A stretch of DNA of 64,000 nucleotides. It comes from Felis catus. Its lineage: Eukaryota. The position numbers were made by a program, and so were the translations under genes. Numbering within the stretch: the stretch's first letter is position 1; each line of letters begins with the position of its first letter. Under the pieces are notes generated by a model that did not search any database, had not been told where the DNA came from, and worked only from the letters and a program-made list of their open reading frames with translations. Positions 55,784-64,000 of the stretch are shown here, piece by piece. Location: assembly GCF_018350175.1 (NCBI RefSeq), contig NC_058368.1, positions 16,432,001 through 16,496,000 on the forward strand, read 5' to 3'.

Positions 55784-57347
55784 CAACTTAACCCAGTTCT
55801 TAACATATATTGATTTTGAATTGCTGGCCACTAGATTATGTTTATTCTACTAGTATATGGTCAATACAATTACAGCATCATTACTCCAGTATTCATAGAA
55901 ACAATAAAATCCTCTCTATGCCTATAAAAATATCTGTGATATGCAATTAACGCAGGCCTTTCTTTTTGGATGATATTACAGAAATACCAGAACAAGTCTG
56001 CAATCAAGTCCCAGCAACATGAATTGTTTCAGTATTTGAATTCATAAGAAGGCTGTTATTAGGTAATTAGGTAACAATGCAATTTAGTCAGACAAAGAAA
56101 TATGCAGGGAACCTTCCAGAATTAAGAGATTCTGAAACTTTATTCGGGTGCATTCATTTTGAACACCTTCTATCTGTCAGAACTGAAGTATGACTAGTAA
56201 ATAAGATAAATGTGTTCCTGGCACTCACACCTGGAGGAGAAGAGAGAAATGATCAGGGTTGATCAAGGTAACAATGCAATGCAAAATAGAATGTGTGGAA
56301 TGAGGGCATTTATCCAAGAGATTCTATGGAGGGGGATTGCTTCAAAGAATCTCCCTGTGGGAGGGAGGACCTGAGATGAGCTTGAAAAAGTGAGTAGAAC
56401 TTAGCCATGTGAAGATTAATAAGAAGGCATTCCAAAATCGTAAGAGACAGACCAAAGACAAACCTCGAATGTCTTTAGACTAAAACTAGGAAAACTTGTG
56501 GTGAAAAGACACAAGGCAAGACACTTATGCCAAAGCACAGTTTCATTTAAGATACACGATCTTAACAGAACACCTTACATCAAATCTTCTGAAGTCAATG
56601 ATTTATGAATAATTAAGGAATATGTTTCATAAAATACAACCTATGATTTCAAAGAGTTTATATGAAAGTAAAACCTTATTCTTGACTTTATAATGCTATT
56701 AGTCATCCAGTGTTACTTTGCTTTGGAAAAACTGTTCAATCCAAGGGAAATGTGCTCTTTGAAACTGAATGAAAGATAGTCTAGAACAACTCTGTAAGAA
56801 TTTTGTTTTAATTTTTTTCTCCATTGTAATTTGGAAAGAGGTAAAGAGAAAATGCAAATGAGGTCTTTTAAAAATGTATCTTTTAAAAGATATTACTAAT
56901 TCTTATTTTCTTGTTACATGTTATGAGTTTTTAGCCGCCCTTCATCCTGTTGTATCATTAGGGTTGATCAGCCTCCAATTCCACAACTTCATATTAGCAA
57001 AAGGTATAAACATCTTGAAAGAAGTCTTAAGAAATCATCAAACTCTTTCTATAGCTTTGCTTCTGACATCTCTAAGGACTTAATTTGTCACTTTTTGTTT
57101 AATAGGCTTTGAAGTTAAGCATGTGTTGTGTATTTCTGAAATATACAAAAGAGCCTAGGCAAAAAAACAACAAACATGTTTACTAGGAATGAACATTTTT
57201 AGTGGTGCAGAAACAAAACTGAGAACAGTATATATTGAACATTTTATTGTCTCCCTGTAATAGGCTATAAGCTCTAGGGCACAACCACACCACAATGGAG
57301 TCCCAAGTGCCCTGAGCATTGCCTGCCATGTGTTCTATAAAAATCCA

Positions 57348-57569
57348 GGGGCACCTGGGTGTCTCAGTCCATTAAGCGTCCAACTCTTAATTTTGGCTAA
57401 GGTCACAGGTCATGATCTGGTTCCTGAGATTGGCCCTGCTTCAGGCTCTATGCTTACAGCATAAAGCCTGCTTGGGATTCTCTCTCTCCCTCTCTCTCTG
57501 CCCCTCCCCGGCTCATGCATATGCATGTGCATGCTCTTTCTCTCTCTCAAATAAAGAAACGTTAAAAAA
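57348..57569 (+). mobile_element. CAN-SINE inserted in an L2 3' end; (GAAT)n at 57592-57623
   Basis: ggggcacctgggtgtctcagtcc...; the left flank ggctataagctctagggca...gtgccctgagcattgcctgcc and the gaat tail are L2-like. Confidence 0.88.
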
Positions 57570-58929
57570 TATGTTCGAAGAGTTAATGACCGAATGAATG
57601 AATGAATGAATGAATGAATGAATAGAATGCATAAAAATGATTTGTGAGTAAAAATATACTCAGATGTTAATATGTTAGAAATTCAGATTAAAATTTTTTG
57701 TCTTGGACAGCTTTTTGACAGGAATTGGGCAGCTTAGCTTCATTTGATGAAATGTCATGTAGTATTTAATTATGAGGGTCTGGTAAAAGACTCTATGAGT
57801 ATTTTGTTCCAGTGCTTTCATAAAAGTCATTGTGGCTAAAGACAAAGTTAAATCAGTTATGATATCAGGACCAAATCAGTGAAGGCATAAAACAGAGGTA
57901 AGTTGGTTCACTAACTGCAGAGGGAACAAAAACACAACAGGTTTTGGGTAGAAACAAAAACAAGCAGCCAGCTGCTGCTACTGTGTTCTATCTTTCATTT
58001 CATGGATTTCACATCCTGGGACTTTCATTCCACTCACCATGAGTTCTAATACATGTTGTTACTTTTAGGTATCGTATTTAGTACCTCAAAATCTTTAATC
58101 AGGGGAAGTTTTTCATCAGTTTCTTATAGTTGTATATTAAATCTATTCTAGTTCCTTTAAGATATCAAGTCCCTGAGTCCTAAACACAAGAACCGAAAAA
58201 AAAAAAAATTAGCTGATACTGTTGGCATGTCTCAAACTAGCATGTGTGATTTTGGAATCAGAGGGACTGCAAAAGAAGCTACTTCCTTCATTGATAGGGG
58301 AAAAGATCATTTTAATTAGTTTCTGGCTCCCATGACAACAGGCCAAAGAACTACAGGAAAAACTCAAGGGAGCAAATTCAGGTATCTTGAACCTTAAATA
58401 TTTAGTAAGTAGCAGTAGATAAAGCAGCCAAGGCTAATGTGAGATAATCAGGGCTAACTTCAAAAGAAATTGAATACATTTTTTATTCAGAAGCCTCTTT
58501 TTCTTTTTCATCTTGCATTATATAGTTTTCTCCAACTATTTTTCTAGAATAGATAATTATTATAATTCAAGCATGAACAGAGAACCAACATTTTCTGAAG
58601 ACAGAAGTAAATAGTTTTTTTGAGAACTCATTTAACTCAGTGATAGAAACAAAAACAATTATGCTGCGTGATGAATAGAATAGATCTGGGGTTTCTTTAC
58701 TTAATATTCACTCCATGGAAATTTCATGAGAAATTTACAACTCTTCTGCTGTTAACTTCTTTAACCTCTTATTCCTGACAAATAAAGGAAATAAGCCAGA
58801 TGTAAGAGAAGTCTTAGTACTTTCATCTGCTGTTGAACTAAGGGCTTTTCTTTTCTTAATAACTTCTAATAATGTATTTTATTAATATAAATAATGTACT
58901 TATAATTTGCTAAATACTTATAACTTACT

Positions 58930-59140
58930 AAGAGCCTTCACACGCATCCCCACGTTTTATACTTCCTACAAATCTTTGAGGAAAATATTTGGTATATATA
59001 AATAAATATAGATAAATATTATAAATGTTAAGTCCATTAAGCAGATGAGAAAATCCAATCTCAAAGAGATCTGAAAAATAACAAGACCCTCTAAAGTAAC
59101 AAGACTTATAAATGGCAGAACCAGAACTTTTAGCGAGAGG
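58930..59140 (-). mobile_element. MIR remnant
   Basis: tccattaagcagatgagaaaatccaatctcaaagagatctgaaaaataac...aaatggcagaaccagaactt. Confidence 0.6.
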
Positions 59141-59365
59141 AGTATAAAATTCATTAGTTTGCCCATTATACCACAGTAAATGTGTACATTTTAACACATA
59201 ACGCCAAATACCATCACCAGTTATTAAGCCATTTCTTGCCATTCTTCCATGTGTTTCATACTTATTAATCTGGTGAACAACAAATATCATCCACTTACGG
59301 TTAAGTAGAAAGTGCTCGAAAACCCAAACTTAATTTTAGAGTACCTGTTTACTTCACCGTTATTA

Positions 59366-59926
<561 letters not shown>

Positions 59927-60143
59927 CTAGAAAAAAGAAGAAAGCAGAGGTGATGAATATTTATTCATTTGTTCAAGCCTGTGAATTTCAAACAGCACGC
60001 TATAGCAACGCTGAACAAAGTTCATAAATCTTTTGCCAGGCTTTTTTTTTTTTTTTTTTGCAGGAGAGAGATGTATTTTTTTTTTCTGCCAGAAGACAAG
60101 AGAAAATTAGAAAAACTTTTCAATATAACGACACATTATTCTT

Positions 60144-60365
60144 TTTTTTTTAATTTTTTTTTAACGTTTATTTAGCTTTGAGAGAGATGCAGACAGAATG
60201 AGGGTCTGTTGGGGGCAGAGAGAGAGGGAGACACAGAATCTGAAGCAGGCTCCAGGCTCTAAGCTGTCAGCACAGAGCCTGACGTGGGGCTCGAACTCAC
60301 GAGCTGTGAGATCATGACCTGAGCCGAAGTTGGAATCTCAAGCGACTGAGCCACCCAGGCGCCCC
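60144..60365 (-). mobile_element. CAN-SINE ~220 nt upstream of the TRPC4 exon acceptor
   Basis: TSD taaYgacacattattctt at 60126-60143 and 60366-60383. Confidence 0.95.
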
Positions 60366-61362
60366 TAATGACACATTATTCTTATCATATTTGTTTAATC
60401 TGAATTATGACATTTTATGAAATCTTAAAATAAGGGGGTTATGGGAACTCTTTACTTGATGAAAGACTTTCTTGCTTCCAAGTTATTTCCTGACTGGCAA
60501 TCTTTGCTTTCCTTTCCTGGAGGTATGGACTCCCTAAATAATGAAGAAATACACTGAAAAATAGTTAATGATTTGTTTTAAACCCAAGCTTTTCTTGTGC
60601 AACAGAAGTCTTTTAGTTCTGCAGTATTTTTTTCTTTGTATATTTGTTTGTTTATCTACTGAATTCGTAAAATCAAGCCTCTGATTATAGGTGGCAGTAG
60701 AACTTAAGAAGGCTAGCCTCAGGCTTTCTGTTTTTATCTATCGCTCTATAGTATATTTTCCAGATGGCAACAGGTGCTCCATTGCAAACATCACCATTTT
60801 ACCAGAAGCAAATGGTTCCCAATGAATCAGGTCACCAGTGTGTTTACGTGCAATTTCCTTTGGGTTTTACTCTAGGAACGGTAGTGACAAAAATAATAGA
60901 ATAGGCACGATTTAGTCAACATCCATTAGGTGCATTAACCCTCACTATTTATCATTCACATGTTATAGATGTGATTCCTCAGTGAGGAAGACCTACTATA
61001 TGATCCCAGGTCCACCTGTCTGACATCTCACCCTCTATGTATTACCCTACACCACACCACCTTCCAATTTTTGGTTTAACATTTCTTCCTCTGGGCACAG
61101 AGTGATGGAAGGATCTATGAAAATAAATGCTACATAAGGATAAGTTAAACAAGCATGGAAGAAAAAACGATGACTAAAATATGCTGTAAAATATGAAGGA
61201 AACCATAGATGGATCAAAAGCAAAACAACTGTGGGGAGAAAAACAAAACTCATGTGAAACTTTAATTATACTACTTTTAAACAGAAGTATACTCTTTATA
61301 TGAGAATAATTAAACCTGTATGCTTCTAATTTATCTGACCATTTAGAATATCTATTTGTTTT

Positions 61363-61579
61363 GGGGCGCCTGAGTGGCTCAGTCAGTTAAGCATCTGACT
61401 TCAGCTCAGGTCATGATCTCACCGTTCATGAGTTTGAGCCCCACGTGGGGCTCTGTGCTGATCTGTGCTGACAGCTGAGAGCCTGGAGCCTGCTTCGCAT
61501 TCTGTGTCTCCCTCTCTCTCTGCCCCTCCGCTGCTCATGCTCTCTCTCTCTCTCAAAAATAAATAAACATTAAACAAAC
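61363..61579 (+). mobile_element. CAN-SINE
   Basis: 21-bp TSD tttagaatatctatttgtttt at 61342-61362 and 61580-61600. Confidence 0.95.
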
Positions 61580-61843
61580 TTTAGAATATCTATTTGTTTT
61601 ATAAGAAACACCATATAAAAATTAACGAGATGTAGTTGTCTATTTAAAAGGTTATTTAAAATGTATGCAATCAGTTGATAAATATAGTACATACTAGTTT
61701 TAAAATGTGATTATAAATACAAAGGAACAATACTGTTGAGATAGCATTATATATTAAAGTGGGGTCAATACATACTTCATTACTTTTTAAGTGAACAGTT
61801 TTCACCTTAAATATGAAGTTAATTAAAAATTTAACTATATATT

Positions 61844-62064
61844 GGGGCGCCTGGGTGGCGCAGTCGGTTAAGCGTCTGACTTCAGCCAGGTCACGATCTC
61901 ACGGTCCGTGAGTTCGAGCCCCGCGTCAGGCTCTGGGCTGATGGCTCGGAGCCTGGAGCCTGTTTCCGATGCTGTGTCTCCCTCTCTCTCTGCCCCTCCC
62001 CCGTTCATGCTCTGTTTCTCTCTGTCCCAAAAATAAATAATAAAAAAAAAAGAAACGTTGAAAA
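61844..62064 (+). mobile_element. Young SINEC_Fc-type element (CpG-rich)
   Basis: ggggcgcctgggtggcgcagtcggttaagcgtc...; TSD aaaaatttaactatatatt at 61825-61843 and 62065-62083. Confidence 0.95.
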
Positions 62065-62227
62065 AAAAATTTAACTATATATTTATTACAAAGAGAAAAA
62101 TGTCATTACTCAGAACTGAACAAGAAGTGATCTTTTACTAACCAAAACTTTAAGTTTTTTCTAAGGCAGACACAAGGGAAAACAAAACAATGTAAGTAAA
62201 TAAGTTCCTATATTAAATGCATATTTT

Positions 62228-62443
62228 TTATAGTTTTTTAAAAAATATTTATTTTTGAGAGAGAGAGAGACACAGGGCACAAGCAGGGGAGGGGGCAGAG
62301 AGAGGGAGACACAGAATCCGAAGCAGGCTCCAGGCTCTGAGGGGTCGGCACAGAGAGCAATGTGGGGCTCAAACTCATGAACAGTGAGATAATGACCTGA
62401 GCCTAAGTCGGACGCTTAACCGACTGAGCCACCCAGGAGCCCC
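62228..62443 (-). mobile_element. CAN-SINE
   Basis: Near-TSD ttaaatgcatattt / ttaaatgtatattt. Confidence 0.93.
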
Positions 62444-62637
62444 TTAAATGTATATTTAAGTGATAGATGCAACTTGAAGTGGGTTCTGAATTCAATGTAA
62501 TTTCATTCCAGATTTCTCTAGGTTTCAAAAGCTGTCAACGATTTTAACTTATTAACCATAAAATTCAACTTTGAAAAATATTTCAAGAAATTTTGTAAAA
62601 AAATAAATATGACCATACTAAAAAGTATTCATATTTC

Positions 62638-62830
62638 AAAGTTTATTTATTTTTAGAGAGAGAGAATGCGCACAAGTGGGTGAGGGGCAGAAAGAGAGGG
62701 GGAGAGAGAGAGACTCCCAGGCAGGCTCCGTGCTGTCAGCATGGGCAGTGCCCAATGTAGGGCTTGAGTCCATCACCATGAGATCATGACCTGAGCTGGA
62801 CACTTAACTGACTGAGTGACCAGGCACCCC
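62638..62830 (-). mobile_element. CAN-SINE (older)
   Basis: gagatcatgacctgagctggacacttaactgactgagtgaccaggcacccc. Confidence 0.88.
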
Positions 62831-63771
62831 AAAGGCGTTCATATTTTACAAGAAATGTCCTAGTATTAGAGATACAGTAAAATAACTGATAAAATATGTG
62901 AAAATATACCAAGAATAAATATTCTGTTGATGAGTTTTAATATTCAGTAAATCATTGTGAAATTTTAGTTTTGTAAATATACGGACATCTTTAATTTTGT
63001 CTTTTATAAGGGGATTCATCTTTGAAAATAATTTTTGAGTGAAACTGTTTTATAAGACCACAAATATAATAATAATTTATTGGTCCATAAATAACTTTTT
63101 TAAATTATGTCATTTTAATTGTCTTAGAGTTTCCTCTTACTCTAAAATGTATTCTAAATTCAACAATAAATTATATGCTGTCTTTACCATTAATTGCTTG
63201 ATGCCCAGCTGGTCAGAGAACACTAGACATCGGGGACAGTTTGATCTTAAATGTCCCCACTGTAGGAGTGTGTGGGGCCTCTGACCAGCTGGCCAGGCAG
63301 GCACACATCAGTGTTTATACATGTCCCAAAGGAAAGGCTCTGGGCTTCTCTTATTCATTAAGGAAAGTAGTAATAAAACAAAAACACTGTTAAAAAATTG
63401 CCTGTTACATGCCTACTTCAATGATTCCATGGTGTTTGAAAATTGGGAGTTTTCTTACCCTATCATCACTTCTACATTTACTAAGTCGTATTCCTCTGTA
63501 TGTAAAAATATTCCCCTCCTCCTTTTTATTATTGCGTATCACTATGGACCCATGGATTCTTCCATTATTTTTTAACATGTTGTGATGCATTGCAATAATT
63601 ATTAATTTTGAACTTATTGAGGTATAAGATACATTTATTAAAATGCACAAATGTTAATGTGATGCTTGATATATTTTTGAAATGTGTATGCACCTGTGTA
63701 ACATAACACAGGTAAAAATCCAGAAAAGTGACTGCACTTCATGAATCTTCCTCTTGTCACCTCCTAGTCAT

Positions 63772-63779
<8 letters not shown>

Positions 63780-63824
<45 letters not shown>

Positions 63825-64000
63825 TTATTTATTTATTTATTTTGAGAGACAAAGTGCAAGTGGGGGAGGGGCAGAGAAAGAGGATCCCAATCCCAAGCAG
63901 GCTCCCCACTGCCAGAGCAGAGCCTGACGTGGAGCCTGAACCCACAAACCATGAGACCAACGGCGAGATTATGACCTGACCTGAAACCAAGAGTCAGATG
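63780..64000 (-). mobile_element. (TG)n followed by a CAN-SINE cut by the window edge
   Basis: TG repeat at 63780-63822, then tttatttattt...gagcctgacgtggagcctgaaccc...atgacctga. Confidence 0.9.

Overview
AT-rich mammalian genomic DNA. The repeat content (felid-type CAN-SINEs and L1 3' ends) points to a cat-family or feliform carnivore. The window lies inside TRPC4 (transient receptor potential canonical channel 4), transcribed on the minus strand. Two internal coding exons are present with canonical splice sites: 59408-59926 (519 nt; last ankyrin repeat, Zn-site HxxxCxCxxC and helical linker) and 7981-8317 (337 nt; pre-S1 elbow, S1 and start of S2). A ~51 kb intron separates them. Everything else is intron, filled with about 23 CAN-SINEs, L1 fragments of several ages, MLT1 LTRs, an ERV1-like solo LTR, MIR/L2, hAT DNA transposons and microsatellites. 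I see no second gene, no RNA gene and no evidence for a new multi-gene system. The most interesting observations are: inverted SINEs bracketing a frame-symmetric, stop-free exon (circRNA/skipping candidate); a nested inverted-SINE cluster; an unexplained ~185 bp diverged direct duplication; three inverted-repeat hairpins; a twin-primed inverted L1; a possible short L1 3' transduction; and a solo LTR splitting a MIR. Repeat subfamily names are from recall of consensus sequences and were not database-checked. Repeat boundaries are approximate unless a TSD is given.
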